Assembly (NCBI GenBank): GCA_963762435.1
Contig: CAVXLN010000011.1
Coordinates: 50 to 64,049, forward strand
Direction of reading: 5' to 3'
Origin: an uncultured Alphaproteobacteria bacterium
Lineage (GTDB): Bacteria; Pseudomonadota; Alphaproteobacteria; ATCC43930; CGMCC-115725
Length of the DNA: 64,000 nt
The number at the start of each line of letters is the position of its first letter. The stretch's first letter is position 1. Positions 47,753-57,026 of this stretch are shown piece after piece. The notes under the pieces are model-generated. The model made no database searches. It had not been told where the DNA came from and saw nothing but the letters and a program-made list of their open reading frames with translations. The position numbers and the translations under genes were made by a program.

Positions 47753-47935
47753 TTAGGCCTTCTCGCCTCTAAAGGCCGCGGCCGGATTTGCCGGCAGCGG
47801 GGCGTCGAAGTCGCCTTTGATCGAGGCTTGGCCACGAAATAGGCCGAGCGGTCGAGATCGCTCCTTTGTCGAGCGAGCCTGCTCGAACGGTGGAGACGGC
47901 TTCTTGTCATCGGCGCACCGATTGCTGGTTGCCAT
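47753..47935 (-). CDS. possible 60-aa protein carrying an antitoxin-like C-terminal tail
   Basis: GGGTGG lies 3 nt before the ATG. The tail RPLGLFRGQASIKGDFDAPLP resembles the ...G.I.I..DFDAPLP tails seen on some type II antitoxins. There is no neighbouring toxin. Weak support. Confidence 0.25.
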   Translation of the reverse strand: MATSNRCADDKKPSPPFEQARSTKERSRPLGLFRGQASIKGDFDAPLPANPAAAFRGEKA

Positions 47936-48051
47936 TTCCCACCCTCGTTTGACCACTTTCATCAAGCTGGCGCGCGGCTGAAGCCGGGTCAAGCCCAGTC
48001 GAAACCTAGTTCCATCTGGCCTGCCACGCAGCTCGCCGCCATATTGGCGCC

Positions 48052-48957
48052 ATGACCAGCGACATTCTCGTCTTCGACCGCGCCGCTTTGCGTGCCCATC
48101 GTGCCCGCGCCGCCGGCTTGCCGGCCGAGGCGCGGTTTCTGCATCGTGAGGTGCAGACGCGTCTGGTCGAGCGGCTCGACGACATCAATCGCGGCTTCGA
48201 GCGCGTGCTCGATCTCGGCAGCGGCGACGGCACGCTGGCGGCAACGCTGGCGGCGTCCGGCCGGCGCCCGTTCATCGTCTCGCTCGATGCGGCACTCCCT
48301 TTCGCGCGCCTGGCGCCGCTTGCCGTGGTGGGCGAGGAGGAAGCACTGCCTTTCGCGCCGGCAAGCTTCGATCTCGTCATCAGTACGCTCGGGCTGCATT
48401 GGACCAATGATCTGCCGGGGGCGCTTCTGCAGCTTCGCCGGCTGCTGCGCCCCGACGGGTTGCTGCTGGCAGGGATGTGGGGCGGCGAGACGCTCAAGGA
48501 GCTGCGCGAGGCGCTGCTGCTGGCCGAGCTCGAGCTGAGCGAGGGGGCGGCCCCGCGCGTCTCGCCCTTCGCCGATCTCCGCGACGCGGCCGGGCTCCTG
48601 CAGCGCGCCGGCTTCGCGCTGCCGGTCGCCGATGCCGAGCCCATCACCGTGACCTATGCCGACGCCTTGGCACTCATGCGCGATCTCCGGGCCATGGGCG
48701 AGACCAATGTGCTGCGCCATCGCAGCAGCACCTTCACGCCGCGCACGCTCTTGCTGCGTGCCGCCGAGATCTATGCCGAGCGGTTCGCACTGCCGGATGG
48801 ACGGATCCCGGTGTCGTTCCAGCTCCTCATGCTGACCGGCTGGGCGCCCGATGAAAGTCAGCAACAGCCGCTCCGCCCGGGCAGTGCCGCCGCCCGGCTC
48901 GCCGATGCGCTCGATGTGAAGGAGCAGGGCGCCGGCGAGAAGGCGCCGCGCGGCTAG
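48052..48957 (+). CDS. class I SAM-dependent methyltransferase (BioC-like fold)
   Basis: VLDLGSGDG motif I, and LLRPDGLLLAGMWG. Confidence 0.8.
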   Translation: MTSDILVFDRAALRAHRARAAGLPAEARFLHREVQTRLVERLDDINRGFERVLDLGSGDGTLAATLAASGRRPFIVSLDAALPFARLAPLAVVGEEEALPFAPASFDLVISTLGLHWTNDLPGALLQLRRLLRPDGLLLAGMWGGETLKELREALLLAELELSEGAAPRVSPFADLRDAAGLLQRAGFALPVADAEPITVTYADALALMRDLRAMGETNVLRHRSSTFTPRTLLLRAAEIYAERFALPDGRIPVSFQLLMLTGWAPDESQQQPLRPGSAAARLADALDVKEQGAGEKAPRG

Positions 48958-50378
48958 TCGGCCGCGATTGACGCGGGAGCCGCGGGTGCCGGCAGGCTCC
49001 TCGCCGGGCGTACCAATGGCAGGGCGATGACCGCCTTAAGACCGGGCGCATTGTCCTCGAGCCGGATCGTGCCGCCATGCAGCCGGACGACGGCGCGCGC
49101 CAGGCTGAGACCGAGACCGTTGCCGGGCGTGGTGCGGCTCTGCTCGAGGCGATAGAAGCGGTCGAACACGCGCTCGCGCGCCTCGACGGGCACGCCGGGG
49201 CCGCTATCGGCGATGACGAGGGATGCCACGTCGCCGTCGGCCGCCGCCACGACCTCGATCCGGCCGGGGGCAGGCGTGTATTTGATGGCGTTCTCGATGA
49301 GGTTGACGAAGGCGCGCGAGAGGAGGTGCGTGTTGCCGCGCAGCTCGAGCTGACCATCCAAGATCCGGGTCGCGAGCGTCAGCCCCTTCTCGTCGGCGAC
49401 CGGCTCGTAGAGGTCGACGAGGTCGCGCAGCAGGGCCGCGACATCGAGCTCGCTCATGGCGGTGCGCTGGCTGCCGGCCTCGGCCTCGGCGATATCGAGC
49501 AGCGCGTTGAAGGTCGCCATCAGATTGTCGGCCTCGTCGATCGTCGCTTCCAGCACCTGGCGGTAATCGACGCCTTCGGCATGGTCGAGGAGGGCGAGCT
49601 CGATCCGGCTCCGGAGCCGGCTCAAGGGCGAGCGCAGATCATGAGCGATATTGTCGGTGACCTGGCGCATGCCCTCCATCAGCCGCTCGATCCGGTCGAG
49701 CATGAGGTTGAGGTTCTGCGCCAGCCGGTCGAATTCGTCACCGGTGCCGCGCACGGGGATGCGGCGACCGAACTCGCCCTCCATGACCCGGTCGCTGGCG
49801 CGGTTGATGCCTTCGATGCGCGCGAGCACGCTGCGGCTCATGACGAGGCCGCCGACCAGGCCCAAGGCCAGCGTCAGCCCGCCGGCCCAGAACAGCGCCT
49901 CGGTGATGCGCCGTTGGAAATTGCTGCGCTCGGCGAGATCGCGGCCGACCAGCAGCTGATAGCCGCCCGAGAGCAGGAAGCTCGTCGCCTGGGCGACATG
50001 GCGCCGCCCGTTCGTCCCCTGCGCCTCGAGCGGGAAGCGCATCCAGCCATCCGGCCCGACCGTGACATCGGGCCAGCCCGAGAGATTGCCGGCAAGCGGC
50101 CGCTGCTGCCGGTCGGTCAGGAGATAGAGCGTGCTGCCGCCTCGGCCGGGATCGGCGCGCTCCTCGATGATGGAGATGAGGCCGGTCAGCCCGCGCTGGC
50201 GGTACTGCTCGGCGAGGCCGGTGATCTCGGCATCGATCGTCTCGTCGAGCTGCTGATCGGCATAGACGACCGTGTCGTAGTAGATGAGGCCCAGCAGTGC
50301 CATGACCGAGATGGCGAAGAGCCCGAAGTAAGTGAGCGCCAGCCGGAAGGTGCTGGTGCGCAGCAGCTCAATCAACAC
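48954..50378 (-). CDS. HAMP-domain sensor histidine kinase
   Basis: Two TM helices, a HAMP domain, the H-box NIAHDLRSPLS, and an HATPase (NLIENAIKYT, DSGPGV, GNGLGLS). GTG start. Confidence 0.9.
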   Translation of the reverse strand: MLIELLRTSTFRLALTYFGLFAISVMALLGLIYYDTVVYADQQLDETIDAEITGLAEQYRQRGLTGLISIIEERADPGRGGSTLYLLTDRQQRPLAGNLSGWPDVTVGPDGWMRFPLEAQGTNGRRHVAQATSFLLSGGYQLLVGRDLAERSNFQRRITEALFWAGGLTLALGLVGGLVMSRSVLARIEGINRASDRVMEGEFGRRIPVRGTGDEFDRLAQNLNLMLDRIERLMEGMRQVTDNIAHDLRSPLSRLRSRIELALLDHAEGVDYRQVLEATIDEADNLMATFNALLDIAEAEAGSQRTAMSELDVAALLRDLVDLYEPVADEKGLTLATRILDGQLELRGNTHLLSRAFVNLIENAIKYTPAPGRIEVVAAADGDVASLVIADSGPGVPVEARERVFDRFYRLEQSRTTPGNGLGLSLARAVVRLHGGTIRLEDNAPGLKAVIALPLVRPARSLPAPAAPASIAAD

Positions 50379-51045
50379 TCCTCAGGCAATAGCCTGCTCC
50401 CCGCACCGTATGCAGCATCGGTCGGGCGAAGCCTTTGTCGATCTTCTGCCGGAGCCGGCTGATATGGACATCGATGACATTGGTCTGCGGATCGAAGTGA
50501 TAGTCCCAGACCTCCTCCAGCAGCATCGTGCGTGTCACCACATGGCCCGCATGGCGGGCCAAGACCTCAAGAAGCCGGAACTCGCGCGGCAGGAGCTCGA
50601 TTTCGCGGCCGTTGCGACGGACGGTGCGCGCCAGGAGATCGATTTCGAGCTCACCGACCGCGATCCTTGTCTCGGTCTTGGCGACGGAGCCGCGGCGGGT
50701 GAGCGCTTCGAGCCGCGCCATCAGCTCGGAGAACGCATAGGGCTTGGCGAGGTAATCGTCGCCGCCGGCCTTGAGGCCGCGGACCCGGTCATCGACCGCA
50801 TCGAGAGCCGACAGGATCAGCACGGGCGTCTGGTTGTCGGACGCGCGCATCGCGGCCACGATCGCCAGCCCGTCCATGCCGGGCAGCATGCGGTCGATGA
50901 TCATCGCGTCGAAACGCTCGCTCGTCGCCAGGAACAGGCCCTGCCGGCCATCCTCGGCATGATCGACCGTGTGGCCGCTTTCCTTCAGCCCCTTGAGGAG
51001 GAAGGCGGCGGCCTCGCGATCATCCTCGATGACAAGGAGCTTCAT
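50368..51045 (-). CDS. OmpR-family response regulator
   Basis: MKLLVIEDD...MIIDRMLPGMDG receiver domain and a C-terminal wHTH ending TVRGAGYCL. Confidence 0.9.
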   Translation of the reverse strand: MKLLVIEDDREAAAFLLKGLKESGHTVDHAEDGRQGLFLATSERFDAMIIDRMLPGMDGLAIVAAMRASDNQTPVLILSALDAVDDRVRGLKAGGDDYLAKPYAFSELMARLEALTRRGSVAKTETRIAVGELEIDLLARTVRRNGREIELLPREFRLLEVLARHAGHVVTRTMLLEEVWDYHFDPQTNVIDVHISRLRQKIDKGFARPMLHTVRGAGYCLRSVD

Positions 51046-51060
51046 GTTCTTTTCTAGCCT

Positions 51061-51086
51061 CCTCTCCGCCCCCAAAGGCGGAGAGG
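51061..51086. repeat. REP-like palindrome CCTCTCCGCC-CCCAAA-GGCGGAGAGG
   Basis: 10-bp perfect stem between degP and the response regulator gene. Confidence 0.6.
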
Positions 51087-51100
51087 GGCTTCCTTTGGCA

Positions 51101-52735
51101 TCAGCCGTTCTTGTCTTCGGGCGTCAAGGGCACGAAGAGATTGGTGCCGTGCCGATTGACCAGCAGCAGGATCGATTTCGCCTCGGGCTTCACGGCCTTG
51201 ACGCGATCGGCCACTTCCTCGGGTTTAGACACCTTCTCGCCATTGACCTGGACGATCACGTCGCCGGCCTGGATGCCGCGGTCGGCGGCCGGGCTGCCTT
51301 CCTTGACGCGCGAGATCAGCACGCCTTCGACATCTTTGCCGATGCCGAGACGCTTGCGCGCGTCGGCATTGAGGTTGGTGAGCGACAGGCCGAGCGAGGC
51401 CATGCGGTTCGGCTTGCCGTCGTCGGTACCCGTTTGCGCGCTTGCGAGCTTCGTGTCCTCGAACTGGCCGACCGTGGTCGAGACCGTCAGCGTCTCGCCA
51501 TGGCGGAATACGACGATATCGACCTTCCGGCCGATCCCGGTCTCAGCCACGATGCGCGGCAGGTCGCGCATCTTGTCGACCGGCTTGCCGTCGAACTTCT
51601 GGATGATGTCGCCGACCTTGATGCCGGCCTTGTCCGCCGGCGAGCCGTCATTGACCTGGGCGACGAGCGCCCCAGTCGGGTGATTGCCGTCGAGCCCGAG
51701 CGAGGAGGCGATGTCGGTCGTCACTTCCTGAACCTGCACGCCGAGGAAGCCGCGATCGACATGGCCGGTCGACCGGAGCTGGTCGAGCACGATCTTGGCG
51801 GCGTTCGACGGGATGGCGAAGCCGATGCCGACCGAGCCGCCGTTCGGCGAATAGATCACGGTGTTGATGCCGATCACGTCGCCATCGAGATCGAAGGTCG
51901 GGCCGCCGGAGTTGCCGCGATTGATCGAGGCGTCGACCTGCAGGAAGTCGACATAATTGCCTTCCTCGACCGGGCGGCCGCGCGCCGAGATGATGCCCTT
52001 GGTGACGGTGCCGCCGAGGCCGAACGGATTGCCGACCGCGAACACCCAGTCGCCGACGCGCGCCTTGTCGCTGTCGCCAAACTTGACGAAGGGCAGGGGG
52101 TTCGGCATGTCGATCTTCAGGAGCGCCAGATCGGTCTTGGCGTCCTTGCCGACGATCTTGGCGGGGTGACGGGAATCGTCCTGGAAGATGACGGTCACTT
52201 TGTCAGCGCTGCCGACGACATGATTGTTGGTGACGATATAGCCGGCCGGATCGATGATGAAGCCCGAGCCCAGTGCCGTGACCTTGCGCGCCGGCGCCGG
52301 CGCGCCGCCGCCGCCATGGCGGCCTTGCTGCTGCTGCTCGAAGAAGCGGCGCAGCAGCTCGTCGAACGGCGTCTGCTGATTGCCCGGGCTGTTCTGATCA
52401 GGCTGGCTCTGGTCCTGGTCCTGATCGTCGTTGTCTTCTTCGTCGTTCTGGCTTTGCTCCTGGCCTTCATTGGCGTTGGCCTGTTGGACGACCGAGATGT
52501 TGACCACGGCCGGCAGCACGCGCTCGACGATCGGCGCCAGGCTGGGCAGCCGCTCATTGAGGTTCAAGGCCCCGGTACTCGGCGGCGACGCCGCATCCGC
52601 AAACGCCGGGCCCGCCGTGAGGCAGGTGCCGAGCGCCACCGTCATCGCCCAGATCGCCATTGCCGAGCAGGCTACATGCCGCCCCGCCGCGGGCCGGCCC
52701 TGCCGCCGTTCGCCGGAAATGGTATTGAACATCAT
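51101..52735 (-). CDS. DegP/HtrA (Do) family periplasmic serine protease with two PDZ domains
   Basis: Signal sequence, TNNHV / DLALLK / GNSGGP catalytic triad contexts, and two PDZ regions. Confidence 0.9.
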   Translation of the reverse strand: MMFNTISGERRQGRPAAGRHVACSAMAIWAMTVALGTCLTAGPAFADAASPPSTGALNLNERLPSLAPIVERVLPAVVNISVVQQANANEGQEQSQNDEEDNDDQDQDQSQPDQNSPGNQQTPFDELLRRFFEQQQQGRHGGGGAPAPARKVTALGSGFIIDPAGYIVTNNHVVGSADKVTVIFQDDSRHPAKIVGKDAKTDLALLKIDMPNPLPFVKFGDSDKARVGDWVFAVGNPFGLGGTVTKGIISARGRPVEEGNYVDFLQVDASINRGNSGGPTFDLDGDVIGINTVIYSPNGGSVGIGFAIPSNAAKIVLDQLRSTGHVDRGFLGVQVQEVTTDIASSLGLDGNHPTGALVAQVNDGSPADKAGIKVGDIIQKFDGKPVDKMRDLPRIVAETGIGRKVDIVVFRHGETLTVSTTVGQFEDTKLASAQTGTDDGKPNRMASLGLSLTNLNADARKRLGIGKDVEGVLISRVKEGSPAADRGIQAGDVIVQVNGEKVSKPEEVADRVKAVKPEAKSILLLVNRHGTNLFVPLTPEDKNG

Positions 52736-52790
52736 CGACCGATCGCCTCCTCAAAAACCTGTTGACCGCCTGCGCACGATCCCCTCGGCA

Positions 52791-52816
52791 AACGGCCCCA
52801 GCGTCAAGATGGTCCC
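52791..52816 (-). promoter_or_regulatory. candidate ECF-sigma-type promoter (GGGAC-N17-CGTT) upstream of degP
   Basis: Read on the minus strand, about 56 nt upstream of the degP ATG. One mismatch to the GGAAC-N16/17-CGTT pattern. Confidence 0.25.
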
Positions 52817-52871
52817 AGCCAGCTGAAACCGCCTTCTCAAAAACATTAAATCTTTGTCATCTTCCTGTGCA

Positions 52872-53651
52872 TCATGTCCGCCAGCCGGGCTCCTCGCGGT
52901 CCAGCATTCGCTTTAGCGCCTCGAAGTGCTGCGTCGCGTAAAGCGATTTGTCGCGCTCGAAATCGGCCCGCGTGCGCAACGCCACCGCGTCCGCGATCCG
53001 GCGCAGCGCCCGGCCCGTCGACATGGCCAGGATCTGCGCTTCGGCTGCCCGCTCCAGATAATAAAGGTCGTCGAACGCTTCGGCAACATTGCGCCCGGTG
53101 ACGATGACGCCGTGATTGGCCAGGAACAGCACGCGGCCCGGCCCAAGGCACGCCACCAGCCGGTCGCCTTCCGCCTCGTCGAGCGCCAGCCCGTTATACT
53201 GATCGTCATAGGCGATCCGGTCGAAAAACCTGAGCGCGTTCTGATGGCAGGGCTCGAGTTTTCCGCCCTCGATCATGGTGAGCGCCGTCGCATAGGGCAT
53301 GTGGGTATGCAGCACGCAGGCGGCCGCAGCATTGGCGCGGTGGAGCCTCGAATGAATGAAGAAGGCGGTCGTCTCGACACTGCCATTGCCGGCCACGACC
53401 TTGCCATCGGCGTCGACGATCACCAGATCCGACGCTCCAAGTTCGGCGAAATGCCGGCCGAACGGATTGATCAGATAGTGTCCGTCCCGGTCGGGCAGTG
53501 CCAGACTGAAATGATTGCAGGTGCCTTCATGATACCCGAAACGGGCGGCCAGCCGGAAGGCGGCGGCCAGATCGATGCGGCTCTTTGCAGCAGCCTCGCT
53601 CGATGAGGCGGCACCTGATCGTTCGTCGTTCCGCAGCAGGCTGGCGGACAT
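52872..53651 (-). CDS. class II aldolase/adducin family protein
   Basis: CVLHTHMPYATAL and ANHGVIVTG motifs. Confidence 0.85.
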   Translation of the reverse strand: MSASLLRNDERSGAASSSEAAAKSRIDLAAAFRLAARFGYHEGTCNHFSLALPDRDGHYLINPFGRHFAELGASDLVIVDADGKVVAGNGSVETTAFFIHSRLHRANAAAACVLHTHMPYATALTMIEGGKLEPCHQNALRFFDRIAYDDQYNGLALDEAEGDRLVACLGPGRVLFLANHGVIVTGRNVAEAFDDLYYLERAAEAQILAMSTGRALRRIADAVALRTRADFERDKSLYATQHFEALKRMLDREEPGWRT

Positions 53652-53831
53652 GCGTGTCTCCTCTCGCCTTCCGTCCGATATAAAGCGTCCCGGACTTTAC
53701 GGAATCGTTATTGGCAAATCGATATCGATGCTTGAATTGACCCTAAAATATAAGGATCAATGGGATCACATGGGTGAGTGGAGCGGTGGGGACCGCAGCA
53801 TGGGTGCCAGTTTCGGGAGTGTTCTTTTCTA

Positions 53832-54437
53832 ATGGAAGAGATTCAGCGGCTCGTCCATGAGTACCGCGAGTGGTTCTATCTGATCACGATCGCCTGGACG
53901 TTTTTCGAGGGCGAGACCTTCGTGCTGCTCGCGGGTGCGGTCTGCGCACACGGGACGATCGATCCGCTGTGGCTCACCATCTGCGCCTGGATCGGCAGCT
54001 ATGCGGGCGATCAAACCTGGTTCTTCCTCGGCCGCAAATGCGGTCCGCTGCTGCTGCGCCGGTTCCCCGACTGGCGGCCCAGCGTCAGCATGGTCCATCG
54101 CTGGCTCGAGAAATGGGACACCATCTTCATCCTCACTTTCCGCTTCATCTACGGCATCCGCAACTTCTCCTCGGTCGCGATCGGCTTGAGCGATTTTGGC
54201 GTGGCGCGCTTCATGGTGCTGAATTTCATCGCAGCCGGGATCTGGTCGGTAACCTTCGTTGGTGCGGGCTATCTGTTCGGCCATGAGATCAACCGGATCA
54301 TGGGCTCCTGGGCCGAAGAGGTCGAGCTCGGCGCGCTCGGCGTCTTCCTCATCGCGGTGACGACGATCTTGCTCGTCTCGCGCTGGCGCGCCCGGCGGGC
54401 CAAGCGCGCCGCCCTCCTCGCGACCCAGCAGAATTAG
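53832..54437 (+). CDS. DedA family membrane protein
   Basis: FFEGETFVLLAG and GRK...RF motifs, with 4-5 TM segments. Confidence 0.85.
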   Translation: MEEIQRLVHEYREWFYLITIAWTFFEGETFVLLAGAVCAHGTIDPLWLTICAWIGSYAGDQTWFFLGRKCGPLLLRRFPDWRPSVSMVHRWLEKWDTIFILTFRFIYGIRNFSSVAIGLSDFGVARFMVLNFIAAGIWSVTFVGAGYLFGHEINRIMGSWAEEVELGALGVFLIAVTTILLVSRWRARRAKRAALLATQQN

Positions 54438-54440
54438 AGG

Positions 54441-55340
54441 TTAGTGACGCGACGCTCGGTGCCGCTCGGCCAGATCGACCAGCTGGCGGGCCAGCGTCGC
54501 GGGCGAAAGGGTCTTCAGACCATAGGCGAAATTGGGCGAGACATTGGCGCCGGCGAGTGCCAGCCCGGTCTCGGCCGCGGCCAGAGGGCCGCCCAGGCGT
54601 CGCGCCATGTCGAGCCGCGTCACCAGCAGTTTCCGGACACCGATCGCCAAGGCGGCGCGGCCAAAGGCGCTCCCTTGCTCGGCATCGATCGTGGCCGGCA
54701 GCACCAGCACGGGCTCGACCGCCAGGATCGCGGCCAGCCGGCCGAGCTTGGCGAAATCGCCGGCCGCACTCGCATCGGTCCCGCCGGTATCGACCAGCAG
54801 CGGGCCGGGGCGGCCCTGGTCCGGCAAAGGGGCCTCGGGATCGAGCCGCGAAGTGTCGATGCCGAGGATGCTCATGGAATCAGCCAGTTGCTCCAAGCCG
54901 CCCGGGCGTTGCCAATCGGTCGAAAGCACGGTCGCGGTCGGTAGGCCGCCACGGCAGGCGAGCTTGCCCATGAGCGTGGTCTTGCCCGCGGCCGGCGGCC
55001 CGATCAGCATCAGGCGCGCGCGCTCGGCGCGTGGCAGGCGGCCGAATTTGAGGGCTGAGCGCAGGCCCGCAGCGAGCAGGCTGCGCGGGTCATGCAAAGC
55101 CCGTCTGCCATCCAGCACGCGGTGCAACAGGCTGAGCGAAATGTCGTGATGCCGCAGCACCAGCTCTGCCGCGTCGGCGGCACCTGGGGTCGGCATCGCC
55201 TCATCGTCTCCCAGGATGGAGGCGAAGGGGGAGTCGATATCGGCTCGATCGCCGATCAGGATTGCGGTGGGTCCCAGCATGTCATCGGCCCTTTGGGCGT
55301 TGCCGTGCTGGAGGTCCGCTTCGAGGAACTTTAGTCGCAT
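54441..55340 (-). CDS. SRP-type GTPase, FlhF-like
   Basis: G1 GPPAAGKTT, G3-like DTGG, G4 TRLD. Short N-terminus. No flagellar genes are adjacent. Confidence 0.55.
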   Translation of the reverse strand: MRLKFLEADLQHGNAQRADDMLGPTAILIGDRADIDSPFASILGDDEAMPTPGAADAAELVLRHHDISLSLLHRVLDGRRALHDPRSLLAAGLRSALKFGRLPRAERARLMLIGPPAAGKTTLMGKLACRGGLPTATVLSTDWQRPGGLEQLADSMSILGIDTSRLDPEAPLPDQGRPGPLLVDTGGTDASAAGDFAKLGRLAAILAVEPVLVLPATIDAEQGSAFGRAALAIGVRKLLVTRLDMARRLGGPLAAAETGLALAGANVSPNFAYGLKTLSPATLARQLVDLAERHRASRH

Positions 55341-55483
55341 CGTCGCAAATCGCCATTCTTTGTTGGCGTCGCCATTCTCGCGACAAGCGGCTTAACAAAT
55401 CCTCTCCGCCGGCATGCTGTTCGGCGTCGCCGCTCCAGGGATTTTCCCCTATACCGAAGGAAAGCTTCAAGGATCGGGCGGTA

Positions 55484-55975
55484 ATGACGGTCGATATCGA
55501 TCTTTACAAATCAGGCATGCGCCGGTTGGCGGCGGGCGTGTCGCTGATCACGACCTTGGGTGCCGACGGGGTGCGGCGCGGCCTCACCGCCACGGCGGTC
55601 TGCTCGGTCTCCCTGACGCCTGCGACCTTGCTCTGCTGCATCAACCGCAACAGCTCGGCCCATGACACGATCCTGGCGACTCGGATTCTGGCGGTGAATG
55701 TGCTGGCCTCGACCGACCAGGCGCTGGCCGACCGGTTCGCGGGGGCCGAGGCGCCCGAGCTCCGGTTCGAGATGGGCGATTGGGTCACGGCCGTGACCGG
55801 GTCCCCGTTGCTCGCGACTGCCGTGGCAGCCTTCGATTGCCGGGTCGCGACGGTGCTCGAGACCGGGACCCACACCGTCTTCATCGGCGAGGTGCTGGAA
55901 GCGCGGCTGCCGACCGGGGGGGAGCCGCTGCTCTATCTCGCCGGCGCCTATGGCCGCTTTGCCGGGCAGGTCTGA
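55484..55975 (+). CDS. flavin reductase family protein
   Basis: GVSLITT...GLTATAVCSVSLTPATLLCCI and THTVFIGEV motifs. Confidence 0.85.
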   Translation: MTVDIDLYKSGMRRLAAGVSLITTLGADGVRRGLTATAVCSVSLTPATLLCCINRNSSAHDTILATRILAVNVLASTDQALADRFAGAEAPELRFEMGDWVTAVTGSPLLATAVAAFDCRVATVLETGTHTVFIGEVLEARLPTGGEPLLYLAGAYGRFAGQV

Positions 55976-56087
55976 CCGCGACAGGAAAGCTTCGGCGTTC
56001 CGGGGGGTTGGCGTGGCGGTTTGCCGGCTTATATGAGCAGCGGGCAGCTTGTCCCAACCCTCTGGCTCTCATCCGACCTCAACACCG

Positions 56088-56741
56088 ATGCATCCCAGCA
56101 CCTGGATCGACATTGCCCAGATCAGCGCCTTCGTCCAGGTGGTGCTCATCGACATAACGCTGGCGGGCGACAATGCCGTCGTGGTCGGGATCGCGGCGGC
56201 CGGCCTGCCGCCGGCGGCGCAGCGCAAGGCGATCCTGTTCGGCATCGTCATCGCGACCGTGCTCAGGATCGGCTTCGCGCTGCTCGCCACCGAGTTCCTT
56301 GCCATCATCGGATTGACGCTGGCCGGCGGCCTCCTGCTGCTCTGGGTCGCCTCCAAGATGCTGCGCGAGATCCTGGCGGAGCGGCGCCGGATCGCCTGCG
56401 GCGACTGCACGCCCCGGGCGACGCCGGTCAAGAGCATGCGCGAGGCGCTCATCCAGATCGTCGTCGCCGATATCTCGATGTCGCTCGACAATGTCCTCGC
56501 CGTCGCCGGCACGGCGCGCTTCCATGTCTGGGTGCTGGTCGCCGGCCTGGCCTTGTCGGTGGCGCTGATGGGCGTGGCCTCGACGCTCGTGGCAAAGCTG
56601 CTCCACCGCTATCCGTGGATCGTCTGGCTGGGCTTCGGCATCGTGACCTATGTCGCGTGCAGCATGATCTATGACGGCTGGCGCGAGGTGAACTCGCACA
56701 TGCCGGTGCTGATGCATGCCGCCCACAATATGCTGGGCTGA
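56088..56741 (+). CDS. TerC/YjbE family integral membrane protein
   Basis: LAGDNAVVVG and SLDNVLAVAG repeated motifs. Confidence 0.85.
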   Translation: MHPSTWIDIAQISAFVQVVLIDITLAGDNAVVVGIAAAGLPPAAQRKAILFGIVIATVLRIGFALLATEFLAIIGLTLAGGLLLLWVASKMLREILAERRRIACGDCTPRATPVKSMREALIQIVVADISMSLDNVLAVAGTARFHVWVLVAGLALSVALMGVASTLVAKLLHRYPWIVWLGFGIVTYVACSMIYDGWREVNSHMPVLMHAAHNMLG

Positions 56742-56945
56742 TCAGGCGATGATGTCGGGCAGCAGCATGCTTTCAAGCCGCGCCATGATGTCCTTGAGCG
56801 CCAGCTTGCGTTTCTTCAGCCGCTGAATCTGCAGCTGATTGGCAGTACCCGACTGCGCCATCTGCTGGATGACGTCGTCAAGGTCGCGGTGCTCGCTTTT
56901 CAAGGCCGCGAGTTTTTGCTTGATGGCTTCGTTGTCGAGGTCCAT
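56742..56945 (-). CDS. DUF465 (YdcH-like) domain protein
   Basis: 67 aa: LKSEHRDLDDVI...IQRLKKRKLALKDIMARLE. The longer track ORF is an upstream extension. Confidence 0.75.
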   Translation of the reverse strand: MDLDNEAIKQKLAALKSEHRDLDDVIQQMAQSGTANQLQIQRLKKRKLALKDIMARLESMLLPDIIA

Positions 56946-57026
56946 GGGCTTCGGTATTGGATGGGGGGCTGCGCGAGCGGCGGGACTATAGCAAAAACTT
57001 TGAGAAATTGGTGAAGGGTTCCAGCG

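Noticed and set aside
53728-53832. 34-codon uORF overlapping the dedA start (TAATG)
   Set aside because: Third-position GC is only about 50%, versus strongly G/C-biased host genes, and there is no SD. It is probably non-coding.
55976-56087. yybP-ykoY (Mn) riboswitch expected upstream of a TerC-family gene
   Set aside because: I could find GGGTTGG/CCAACCC pairing but none of the conserved riboswitch core sequences. This needs an Rfam cmscan before any claim.
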